From a virus (taxonomy: Duplodnaviria > Caudoviricetes), in IMG/VR virus record IMGVR_UViG_2974799246_000001, positions 160,001-224,000 of that record: DNA of 64,000 bases; one strand, given 5' to 3'. The position numbers and the translations under genes are program-made. This document shows, piece after piece, positions 56,104 through 64,000 of this stretch (within the stretch, counting starts at the first letter, position 1; each line of letters opens with the position of its first letter). The notes beneath the pieces were generated by a model. It saw only the letters and a program-made list of their open reading frames with translations. It did no database searches and was not told the DNA's origin.

Positions 56104-56544
56104 ATGAACGAAATAGATATTCTGATCCGTGAGTTCTCTCGGGCGTATCTGAAAGCAGAAGCATCACCTTTCGGTAACGTCGCATATCACGTACAAGACC
56201 AAACAGACGGCCTGAAAAACATTGCACTCTATCTGCGTTTTCGTTCTGGCCCGCAGGCTCTTTGGCAGCGTCCGTGTTTGGTGCTCGCCACAATTGATGT
56301 TCGTGACTCGGGTAAAGGTACATTCAGTGAGTTGCTTCGCCGCACAAAAGACCTGTGCCGCGAACGTGACTGGATTCTTCAAATTGAAAACGTCCTGACT
56401 CCGCAGTTCAGGAAGTTCTTGCAGCGTGGTGGCTTCAAGCCGTTCGGTGTAGATAAAGATGTACCATTCGGTAGTCTCTACTGGTTCCACGACGAGGCAA
56501 TCCCGCAGCAATGTGCGATGTACCCAGAGAGGGCACACCCATGA
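56104..56544 (+). CDS. GNAT-like protein
   Basis: LATIDV..SGKG.F..L and IENV...F..FL.R.GF. Confidence 0.45.
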   Translation: MNEIDILIREFSRAYLKAEASPFGNVAYHVQDQTDGLKNIALYLRFRSGPQALWQRPCLVLATIDVRDSGKGTFSELLRRTKDLCRERDWILQIENVLTPQFRKFLQRGGFKPFGVDKDVPFGSLYWFHDEAIPQQCAMYPERAHP

Positions 56545-56981
56545 TTAACTGGCCTGTAGTTCTCTGTGGATTCTTTCCACTGATTGCCTGCTACATAACA
56601 ATCCCGTGGTTCCGTGCTGCTGTTAACCGTAGACTGACGTTCAAGCCATTCGACTACGATGCGCTTGACGAGATACTGACTGACGGCATGCCTGAGAAGT
56701 TGACGATCTCCTGTCTACAGGCTACGTACCGCGTCAACTCACCTGCGCATTCGCACATTGATATTTACGCGCACAAGGACAACGTTGCTGTTGTTCGAAT
56801 GCTGGTGGACCCTAACTTCCCGATAGCACGTTGCTTCCATGACGTGTTGAACGCGAACATAAACGCATTCGCCGTGAAGTCACATAGACCACCGACACTC
56901 ATAATCAATCAGTGTCTCTATCCTGTCGTTGAATATGAGTATGACGATCAGTATCTGTTGATTTACCTTAAACATAAGTAA
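56541..56981 (+). CDS. Hypothetical protein with N-terminal TM segment
   Basis: Hydrophobic N-terminus. Confidence 0.55.
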   Translation: MINWPVVLCGFFPLIACYITIPWFRAAVNRRLTFKPFDYDALDEILTDGMPEKLTISCLQATYRVNSPAHSHIDIYAHKDNVAVVRMLVDPNFPIARCFHDVLNANINAFAVKSHRPPTLIINQCLYPVVEYEYDDQYLLIYLKHK

Positions 56982-56990
56982 GGGACTATC

Positions 56991-57290
56991 ATGGTCACCC
57001 AACAACAACTATCGGAGTTTGCGCGACTGCCTACACTGCACCGTAAAGTGATACTTCGCAGTATGCAGGTTGAGATGTTGGGTGCCTTGCCTGAGCTTAC
57101 TGACATTGTGCGTGAAATGCTTTATCGTGCAATTGTCGTTGATGTAGCTCAAGCTGAACTGGCACTCCTTGCTGCTCGCCAAATGTGTGAGAATAAGGAC
57201 GTTCGTAAAAGCATTGATGACCTACTTCAATTCGCTGCGCGTCTGCATGACGTTGCAACTGATAACTTTCTTTCTGGAGATTTACTATGA
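56991..57290 (+). CDS. Hypothetical protein
   Basis: Operonic ORF. Confidence 0.55.
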   Translation: MVTQQQLSEFARLPTLHRKVILRSMQVEMLGALPELTDIVREMLYRAIVVDVAQAELALLAARQMCENKDVRKSIDDLLQFAARLHDVATDNFLSGDLL

Positions 57291-58351
57291 ATAAGACCGT
57301 TGGCCTGATGATTGATGAAGACGTAATGAATTGGCTGGACATGCTGCTTGCTGGTGAACTAAGCAACGTCTTGGGTGCGTTGAACAATATCGTGTACGCT
57401 CGCCGTCAGGAACTGTCTGTCGAACGTCTGACCGAAGACGAAGACATTGGTGCTCTCTCCCACAAGGAGCTGGAGATCATTCTGCGTTACGCTGCGCCTA
57501 ACCATGAGTACGATACGTCGGTGCTGTCGAACGAACAACTGCTCCGCCTGGCGATGGACGCACAAGGGATCATCTCGTACACACTGCCGTGTCACTGTTC
57601 ACCTATCATGGTTAAACGTGCTTTCGCTAACGGCAACGTGTGCTCACTGCTTGGTGGTTTCTCTAATCGTGCTGATATTGTCATGGCTGTTCACCACTGG
57701 GAATGCGGTCTGTCTAACATCTCGCTCGATGGTGTAACTGGCAACGACGAACGCCCAGACGAACAGGGCATGTACCTGTGCTACGATGAGCACAAGCAAG
57801 TTCGATACGGTCGCCTGTTCAAGAACGCCAACGATGGATGGACATTCAGTGAGTATTATTCTGCTGGTGGATCTACTACGTGGCTTGAAGCGAGTCCAAA
57901 CAATGCGCTTGATGGCGACGACCTGCCAATCAGTCTGCTTTCTAACTGGGTATTCGTTGTTCCAGATCGTTCACCGTCTATCCTCAAACCTGCTGAGGGG
58001 TTCAAACGCCTGTCTGATACACAACGCATCTTCCTGTATCTGCGTAGCCTGAGTCCTCACGTTAAAGCTGAGATCGTCGCACACTTCGACGGCGTTCTGG
58101 ACAATCGATCATTCACCTCTGTCGATCAGATTGGTCGCCTGACCGAGAAAGACTGGCGCGATGCTGCAATTGCTATCGGTGAAGAAGAACGCGGCCAAGA
58201 AGGCGTTCACTACTGGGATGATCGTAGTGCGTGGGCTTGCTTCGTCGCTGTGCTTAATGCTCTGTGCTTCGACATGGACACACGCGACTTCCAACCGCAG
58301 TATGAATATCAGGCTAACGATGACACTATGGAAGAAGACAACAATGGCTAA
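57287..58351 (+). CDS. Hypothetical protein
   Basis: 354 aa; GGAG RBS. Confidence 0.65.
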   Translation: MNKTVGLMIDEDVMNWLDMLLAGELSNVLGALNNIVYARRQELSVERLTEDEDIGALSHKELEIILRYAAPNHEYDTSVLSNEQLLRLAMDAQGIISYTLPCHCSPIMVKRAFANGNVCSLLGGFSNRADIVMAVHHWECGLSNISLDGVTGNDERPDEQGMYLCYDEHKQVRYGRLFKNANDGWTFSEYYSAGGSTTWLEASPNNALDGDDLPISLLSNWVFVVPDRSPSILKPAEGFKRLSDTQRIFLYLRSLSPHVKAEIVAHFDGVLDNRSFTSVDQIGRLTEKDWRDAAIAIGEEERGQEGVHYWDDRSAWACFVAVLNALCFDMDTRDFQPQYEYQANDDTMEEDNNG

Positions 58352-58877
58352 ATCACTCGGCGTATACATGACTTACATTCTGCGACACAAGCCGCAGGAT
58401 ATCGGAATCGCAATGGACACCCAGGGTTGGGTGTCTGTTCTGGACTTCTTGCAGAAAGCGAAGTATGTGAAACAGGTCACTCTCGAAATGCTGATTGCCG
58501 AAGTTGAGGCGGACGAGAAAGGCCGTTTCGAGTTCAACTCTAACCGTTCCAAGATTCGTTGTGTGCAGGGACATTCGGTTGAGAACGTTATTCTGCATCT
58601 CGAACCGTTCACCGACCTTGCGCCTCTATATCACGGTACGGCTGATAAGAACGTGGCGTCAATCATGCACGAAGGTATCACGAAGCGGAAACGCAAACAC
58701 GTCCACATCAGCCGTGAGATCGAAACAGCCGAGAACGTTGGTCGTCGTCACGGTGCACCTGTTGTGTTTCAGATTGATACACAGGCAATGATCACTCACG
58801 GCTATAAGTTTTACCTCGCCGAGAATGGAGTCATCCTGACCGACCACGTACCGTCCAGATATATAAAGTTGGTGTGA
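58344..58877 (+). CDS. kptA: RNA 2'-phosphotransferase Tpt1/KptA
   Basis: LRH.P, GW, KGRF, IRCVQGHS, LYHGT, RKHVH.S and NGV.L...VP. Confidence 0.92.
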   Translation: MAKSLGVYMTYILRHKPQDIGIAMDTQGWVSVLDFLQKAKYVKQVTLEMLIAEVEADEKGRFEFNSNRSKIRCVQGHSVENVILHLEPFTDLAPLYHGTADKNVASIMHEGITKRKRKHVHISREIETAENVGRRHGAPVVFQIDTQAMITHGYKFYLAENGVILTDHVPSRYIKLV

Positions 58878-58878
58878 T

Positions 58879-59280
58879 ATGGAAAAGACGTACATGACAC
58901 ATTGGGGTTCGCGTTACGTGCGAGCTCCGTCCGGTAAGTGGTATTCAGTTCATGGACGTGAAGGTACTTGGGTAACGAACCGCTATGGTACCTCATTCTA
59001 TCGTAGCGGTTCGGAGGTATGGCGGGACATAACTATTGCGGATCGTGAGTCGCTGGAACGTGAGCTAATCAAACGTACCAACGAAGACTACACCGAGCAA
59101 AAGCGTAGGTATGACTACTGGGGAAGACTGGTGCGAGCGATTGCTCGTCAGTCGGAAGAGGAGAAGAATGAGCATACGGCAGAGCTTGCCGGGATGATTG
59201 AAGCGCTTAGACAGACTTTCTATGGACAGAAGGTACAGCAACTAAGCACAATTCTGGACGAAATAGCCGTTAAGAAGTAG
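58879..59280 (+). CDS. Hypothetical protein
   Basis: Operonic ORF. Confidence 0.55.
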   Translation: MEKTYMTHWGSRYVRAPSGKWYSVHGREGTWVTNRYGTSFYRSGSEVWRDITIADRESLERELIKRTNEDYTEQKRRYDYWGRLVRAIARQSEEEKNEHTAELAGMIEALRQTFYGQKVQQLSTILDEIAVKK

Positions 59281-59341
59281 ACTAATTCGTGATACAATAA
59301 AGACGAACGCTAGACAGTCGTTTAGCTACTTACATGAGGAT

Positions 59342-59677
59342 ATGTATATGAAAAAGTCAAAAGTTGAAGTTGTTGCGCCAACAATCGAAGGTCGCATTTT
59401 TACTCTGTACGGTGTTGGTCCTGTGCCTGACGAATCGACCACACCATTCGCAGGTCGTGATTCATTCTTACCTCTGCTTCATAAAGTTCAGGAGAGTTCT
59501 AAGCTGGAACGTATTCGTGGTTTATCCTGTTGTCCGTATTGCCGAGAAACGATGATGCTCGGTGAATACACCAAAGACAACTGGCTGTGGTCATATTCAT
59601 ACCAACATATGATCGAACACCACAACGTAACGCCGTCCGCAGAATTTATTGCATACGTCGAAGCCGCTTCCAAGTAA
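59342..59677 (+). CDS. Hypothetical protein with CPYC and HMIEHH metal motif
   Basis: RG.S.CPYC...W.W...Y.H....H.V.P..EF; TGATACAAT extended -10 at 59290. Confidence 0.6.
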   Translation: MYMKKSKVEVVAPTIEGRIFTLYGVGPVPDESTTPFAGRDSFLPLLHKVQESSKLERIRGLSCCPYCRETMMLGEYTKDNWLWSYSYQHMIEHHNVTPSAEFIAYVEAASK

Positions 59678-59697
59678 CCTGAACTCCGCATGAGGAC

Positions 59698-61194
59698 ATG
59701 AATATGAAAAACATTAAACACACTTTCCGACTGACAGACCTTGTACGCATCTCCAAAACCCTGCTTCCTGGTCTGAATAAATCCACCGCAGGCCTTGAGG
59801 CGATTGTTGTTGGTCGCACCACAGGTCTTATGTACCAGTTACACATTAAAGGTCAAGGTGAAGTAGACAACTTTTATCCACAGGAAACATTGAGTCTGAT
59901 TAGCCACAACAACGGCGAACTGCTTGACCAGTGGGAAGCGGGTGACTATGGCCGTGACAAGAAAAAGAAACGCAAGATCCCAAAAGAACTGCGTAACTTC
60001 ACGGCAATCCTGCCTGTGACCTGCAATGCCGATTGTTCGTTCTGTCCTGAGAAAGAGATGGAGCAGAAAGCCAACCAGAAAGAGTGGCAAGATGGTTTGA
60101 TTGCCGAGATCAAACGCATGTACAAGAAAACGAAGTTCGACCACGTATCAATCAGCGGCGGCGAACCGACGTTGCGTACAAAGTTCCTGTTCGAAACGAT
60201 CGACCGTATTCAGAAAGAAACGCCGATCAAGAAAGTCGGTCTGACTTCTAACGGTCAGTTCCTTGAGAAACCAAACAGCACGTTCGACTTCTTAGACCGT
60301 AACACTGCGCCTGAGATGACCAGCAAGCTGTCGCATCTGAATATCAGTATGCACTCGTTCAACCGTGACCTTGCAAACAAGATCATGGGTGTGAACTACA
60401 AACAGACCCTGGAAGATTTAGTTCGCTTCCGCCGCCAGCTCGGCCGTGACGTTAGTTTCCACATTAACTTCGTGATCAATGACCAGACTGGTTCGATTAC
60501 GGAAGAGTTCAAACGCGCCGCTAACTTCATGCGAGCCAACCCGTTCATCGACGTTGTGTTCCGTGTTGACTACAACGATGTTGAACTGTCTAAGGCTCTG
60601 CGTGATTACGCTATGGAATATGAAGCGTATCTGACTAAGCTGCGTGATAATGCGAAGCGCCCTAAGAAGGGAATCATTCGTGAGCCGAAAGCACCGCATA
60701 TCGTTCAGAAGTTTGATCGCTTCTTCGGTGGCCAGAACCTTGAAGACGTTGAGAGCGCTTGGACTACAGGTTGCCCGTCATGCTTCACTCATGCGTCGAA
60801 CCCTGTCAATAACAGTCGTGCGTATTTGAAAGCGTCCTCGTATGAACCGAACGACGACGAAGAAGAATACACTGAGCTGGTGTACCACATGGACGGCGCT
60901 CTGTATTGGGATTGGACTCGCAATGACCCAGTAGCACTGCCGCGCTCAAAACGTTTCGACTTCGAAATGAAAGAAGAAGACTCTGTTACTGAGGGTCGCT
61001 GTTCATTCGGACCTGCTGCACCTCATCATTGTTCGTATGATTCAACTGGTACAACGGTCGCACCAAAAGCTGTGAAGAAACCTAAGAAGGTGGCACCTGC
61101 TAAGAAAGCGAAGAAAGTGGGTGGAAAAGTTTCGAGCGTTCCTGGTGCTGCACCTGGTGTTTGTGGCTACGGCAATAGTCGTTGTGGTTATTAA
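59698..61194 (+). CDS. Radical SAM protein with extra N-domain and Cys-repeat tail
   Basis: CNADCSFC, ISGGEPT, TSNG and NISMH. Confidence 0.85.
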   Translation: MNMKNIKHTFRLTDLVRISKTLLPGLNKSTAGLEAIVVGRTTGLMYQLHIKGQGEVDNFYPQETLSLISHNNGELLDQWEAGDYGRDKKKKRKIPKELRNFTAILPVTCNADCSFCPEKEMEQKANQKEWQDGLIAEIKRMYKKTKFDHVSISGGEPTLRTKFLFETIDRIQKETPIKKVGLTSNGQFLEKPNSTFDFLDRNTAPEMTSKLSHLNISMHSFNRDLANKIMGVNYKQTLEDLVRFRRQLGRDVSFHINFVINDQTGSITEEFKRAANFMRANPFIDVVFRVDYNDVELSKALRDYAMEYEAYLTKLRDNAKRPKKGIIREPKAPHIVQKFDRFFGGQNLEDVESAWTTGCPSCFTHASNPVNNSRAYLKASSYEPNDDEEEYTELVYHMDGALYWDWTRNDPVALPRSKRFDFEMKEEDSVTEGRCSFGPAAPHHCSYDSTGTTVAPKAVKKPKKVAPAKKAKKVGGKVSSVPGAAPGVCGYGNSRCGY

Positions 61195-61207
61195 GAGGAA
61201 AAATGAA

Positions 61208-61570
61208 ATGAATGAACGTCGCAACTATTACTATGACAGTCCGTTCTACTACGGACTGATCACTTGGCGCAAACGCCTGTTCATCGTCGTGGCCTTCTTT
61301 GTCTTCATCGTAATGTTTCATGCAGACAAACCTCCAGTCGTACACAATCAGTGGACGATAACTGCCATTATCTCTGGCCTGATGTTTGCTTTCTGCTATA
61401 TAAGAATGCGTATCTATGAAACGTATCTACTGGAGGCGATGGGTCCATTAGACAACAACACGGTTATCGGTAGCCTATCCTTCGAAGGACTTGAGCGCCG
61501 TCACGAACTTTGGTATGAAAAGAAGTTCGGACACAAGCCACCTAAGACTAACACATGGAGCATCGACTAA
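61208..61570 (+). CDS. Membrane protein (2 TM)
   Basis: Two hydrophobic segments. Confidence 0.55.
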   Translation: MNERRNYYYDSPFYYGLITWRKRLFIVVAFFVFIVMFHADKPPVVHNQWTITAIISGLMFAFCYIRMRIYETYLLEAMGPLDNNTVIGSLSFEGLERRHELWYEKKFGHKPPKTNTWSID

Positions 61571-61947
61571 TGGCACTCATGTTTACTGAGAAGCATCGCA
61601 AGCAGTTTGGTCGTGACAGCAAAGACCCGCAGTATCATGGTGATGCGTGTGAGGCAGTCTACAATCACGGCATGGAATTGTTGCGTGAGTACAAACGTCT
61701 GGCGTTGCTCATCGGCGCGAAGCGTAGAACGCGCATTGATAAAGGCGCGCCTATAACCAAGTGCTTCCGCAAGCAGTGGATTGAAGACAAGAAGCTGGCG
61801 AACGAAGACACGCGCCCTATCGACGTGTTGATTGCTCGCTTTAAAGAAGTAGCTGTGTTATTGAAACTGGCGCGTATGAACTACACGGACCTGCATACTC
61901 GTCGTCACGGTTTTACTCGTCCTAGCTACTTCCACTGGAGAGACTGA
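61570..61947 (+). CDS. Hypothetical basic protein
   Basis: TAATG coupling. Confidence 0.55.
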   Translation: MALMFTEKHRKQFGRDSKDPQYHGDACEAVYNHGMELLREYKRLALLIGAKRRTRIDKGAPITKCFRKQWIEDKKLANEDTRPIDVLIARFKEVAVLLKLARMNYTDLHTRRHGFTRPSYFHWRD

Positions 61948-61948
61948 T

Positions 61949-62374
61949 ATGGCCAAGCATCATACCTTTCGTTTGAATGACCTGTGCGCTATTATGCCTA
62001 AGCGCGGTGTGCATGGTCCTCAGCAGGGTGAGCACGTTGTCATCGTTGGTCGCCATCCCGATCTGAATGAGTACACCATCTACTATAAAGATGGTCTGTA
62101 TGGTTGGTTCAAAGCCGAAGACCTTGCGCTCGTTAGACACGATGCCCACGAACAACTCGAATTGTGGGAAGACGCATACAATGAACGCTGTGCGCTCGAC
62201 CGTGAGCAGGATGATGAAGTCCAGATGCGTGAGCTTGACGCAATCGCTGCGAAGCTGGACTTGTCAGATGCAGGCAAATGTTGCGAGTGCGGAAAAGACC
62301 TCGATCCCGAAGACGGTGCAGATGATACGATGTGTCTGACCTGTCGCTGCGATGTAGATTTTGGAGATAGATAA
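61949..62374 (+). CDS. Hypothetical protein sharing its N-domain with the radical SAM protein; C-terminal Cys ribbon
   Basis: HTFRL.DL...V.VGR....Y.....E.L.L..H....L..WE. Confidence 0.6.
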   Translation: MAKHHTFRLNDLCAIMPKRGVHGPQQGEHVVIVGRHPDLNEYTIYYKDGLYGWFKAEDLALVRHDAHEQLELWEDAYNERCALDREQDDEVQMRELDAIAAKLDLSDAGKCCECGKDLDPEDGADDTMCLTCRCDVDFGDR

Positions 62375-62637
62375 TGGCTGTAGGCTTTGTAAAAGATGAT
62401 GGCGTTAACGATACCATCGAAGCTAACCTGAACAACGAGATTGACCGCGCCCGTGCTGAACTGCTAGGCAAAGGCACCACGCACTGCATCAACCCTGAGT
62501 GTGGTGCAGAGATTCCACTGATGCGCCGTGTCGCTATGCCGAATGCTCGTTACTGTGTGGCCTGTCAATCAAGCCACGATGGTTCGGCTGTTAGCCACTA
62601 CAATCGTCGTGGCTCAAAAGATTCTCAATTGAGGTAG
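62374..62637 (+). CDS. ybiI: DksA/TraR C4 zinc-finger protein, YbiI-like
   Basis: C...CG.EIP..RR.A.P....CVACQ and C-terminal YNRRGSKDSQLR. Confidence 0.88.
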   Translation: MAVGFVKDDGVNDTIEANLNNEIDRARAELLGKGTTHCINPECGAEIPLMRRVAMPNARYCVACQSSHDGSAVSHYNRRGSKDSQLR

Positions 62638-62640
62638 TTA

Positions 62641-62865
62641 ATGGATATTAAAGCTAACCCCGAAGTTACATACACGCTTGAAGGATTCTTCCCTGATAGA
62701 AACATCTGGGTGATCATTCATTCCGGTCTTAAAGAAAAGGTTGAGATCTCTGAGTTGTTAGACCAGTTGAAGATTGATCCGAAGTGCCCACGTAGTCCTG
62801 CCACTGCGTTTCGTATGGTGCAGGTAACACGCGACGTTGTTCAATTCATGGAGGTTATTAAATGA
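62641..62865 (+). CDS. Hypothetical protein
   Basis: GAGG RBS. Confidence 0.55.
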   Translation: MDIKANPEVTYTLEGFFPDRNIWVIIHSGLKEKVEISELLDQLKIDPKCPRSPATAFRMVQVTRDVVQFMEVIK

Positions 62866-63005
62866 ATGATGAAGAACGTAAAGAACCGTACTCACGTTGC
62901 GAAGACTGCCGTACACCTCTAGCAGAGGATGAAGTGTACGGCGAGTGGGATGACCTGTGCGAAAATTGCTGTGCTGATCGTGAAGACGAAGGGGAGTCTA
63001 CATAA
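62862..63005 (+). CDS. 47 aa acidic Cys-ribbon peptide, absent from the ORF track
   Basis: MNDEERKEPYSRCEDC...LCENCC; GGAGG RBS; ATGA and TAATG coupling. Confidence 0.55.
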   Translation: MNDEERKEPYSRCEDCRTPLAEDEVYGEWDDLCENCCADREDEGEST

Positions 63006-63322
63006 TGCTGCGTAAACTTTGGGTAGCAATGGGATTCATCTTCCCTACTGTCAAGGATGCACTGAATAGTGGTGAGCATTGCACTCGCATTGGCTATCGT
63101 AACTATTGCATACGAAGTGCCGGTGGCTTTGCAGAAGCCTTCTCCGATCACCTGATTCAGTATCGCTCAAGCTCTATGTCTCTCGCACAAAACGAAGACA
63201 GGCACGAAGACGTGTTGAATAAAGCACGTCATCTGGAATATCCGTGCGTAATCTATTTCAACGACAACACGTTCAATTCTATTCCAGTAGAAGAACCTCG
63301 TTTAAGGTACCCGACGCCATGA
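63005..63322 (+). CDS. Hypothetical protein
   Basis: Operonic ORF. Confidence 0.55.
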   Translation: MLRKLWVAMGFIFPTVKDALNSGEHCTRIGYRNYCIRSAGGFAEAFSDHLIQYRSSSMSLAQNEDRHEDVLNKARHLEYPCVIYFNDNTFNSIPVEEPRLRYPTP

Positions 63323-63708
63323 AACGAATCAAACGTTTCTTCCGTGTAGTGTTTATACTACCGACTATCTTCTATCTTGTTTGTCAAATCATCGGCATCA
63401 AATTGTGGAAAGTAGTCCTCTGGTTCCGTATGCGTAAGTCTGATAAAGAGCTTGCGTATTTTCAGCACGAAGCTGATGTGCTTGAAGCATTGCTTAATCT
63501 TAGCACCGATAAGTGCGCACGTATCACTGTTTTGTTTGCGGAGTACAAGAAGCCGCGGGGCTTATCGCACAATCTTGTTTACCTGTGGCCGAAAGCCTAC
63601 TTGCATAAAGTTTTAAACAGCAAAGGCGTTGCCGTTGGTCCAGTTCCAAACTACACTGCCGCATTCACGCAGTTCTTGGACAAAGTTCAGCAGGAGAAGA
63701 AAGCATGA
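63319..63708 (+). CDS. Hypothetical protein with N-terminal TM segment
   Basis: ATGA overlap; hydrophobic segment. Confidence 0.55.
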   Translation: MKRIKRFFRVVFILPTIFYLVCQIIGIKLWKVVLWFRMRKSDKELAYFQHEADVLEALLNLSTDKCARITVLFAEYKKPRGLSHNLVYLWPKAYLHKVLNSKGVAVGPVPNYTAAFTQFLDKVQQEKKA

Positions 63709-64000
63709 AGCCTAACAAATGGAAAGTGAAGTTCACGCAGAAAGACAAACCTACCAATACGTTCGAGGCTGTGTATACCAGTCAGGACGAATTTGAGCAC
63801 TGGGCTAAGATCCACCACGACGGTGGCTTCCTTGTGGAAGTCGAAGCGTTTGCTGTTGTCGAAATTCCGGTGGCGACCGATTGGAAATACCCAGCGGCAC
63901 CTAACCTGCATGAGATACCCCAGTTGTTCCACGTCAAGCACTACACCGGCGATGAACAACCTTCACTTATCGGTATGCAGCGTTACTTCCATGTTGAAGG
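63705..64000 (+). CDS. Hypothetical protein, partial
   Basis: ATG 63705 with an AGGAG RBS; frame appears open to the edge. Confidence 0.5.
   Translation, partial: MKPNKWKVKFTQKDKPTNTFEAVYTSQDEFEHWAKIHHDGGFLVEVEAFAVVEIPVATDWKYPAAPNLHEIPQLFHVKHYTGDEQPSLIGMQRYFHVE

Noticed and set aside
1-64000. Nucleus-forming (chimallin/PhuZ) phage or alternative genetic code
   Set aside because: No such genes or multisubunit RNA polymerase are recognised in the window, and genes read intact in the standard code with all three stops used

Overview
This window is 64 kb of a large lytic dsDNA (jumbo-type) phage genome, about 50% GC, densely coding, with no rRNA, tRNA, CRISPR array or IS that I can support. The host is probably enterobacterial, and the gene set resembles Erwinia Y3/Alexandra- and Dickeya JA11/AD1-type myoviruses (inference, not searched). 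Bases 1-48.8 kb interleave two gene classes. Replication, recombination and transcription genes: Mre11/SbcD, Rad50/SbcC, DnaX-like clamp loader, DnaG primase, RuvC-like resolvase, Cas4-like nuclease, sigma70-like factor, gp32-like SSB, intein-containing RecA and a divergent family-A-like polymerase. Late or virion genes: GH108 endolysin, Tlde1-like enzyme, an Ig-repeat protein, an H1-like protein and paralog families. Bases 48.9-64 kb are a rightward early/accessory region of small ORFs plus Tpt1, a radical SAM enzyme and TraR/YbiI. Main observations: (1) about 10 otherwise unrelated proteins share an N-terminal M-x-h-h-h-S-L-S / S-x-S-A leader, a candidate capsid-targeting or processing signal whose cargo includes an ART-like enzyme; (2) three promoter classes are readable from the sequence: CTGTAAAYA x12, CTAATTT x9 and a fixed-spacing TAATAGG..AAAnnGCCRT..extended -10 early promoter x3; (3) an AcrVA2/FinQ-like gene is flanked by paralogs and preceded by a structured leader; (4) a structured non-coding region of about 350 nt lies downstream of a CTAATTT motif; (5) replisome proteins share poly-Lys tails. 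All family calls are from motif recognition by eye, not database searches.
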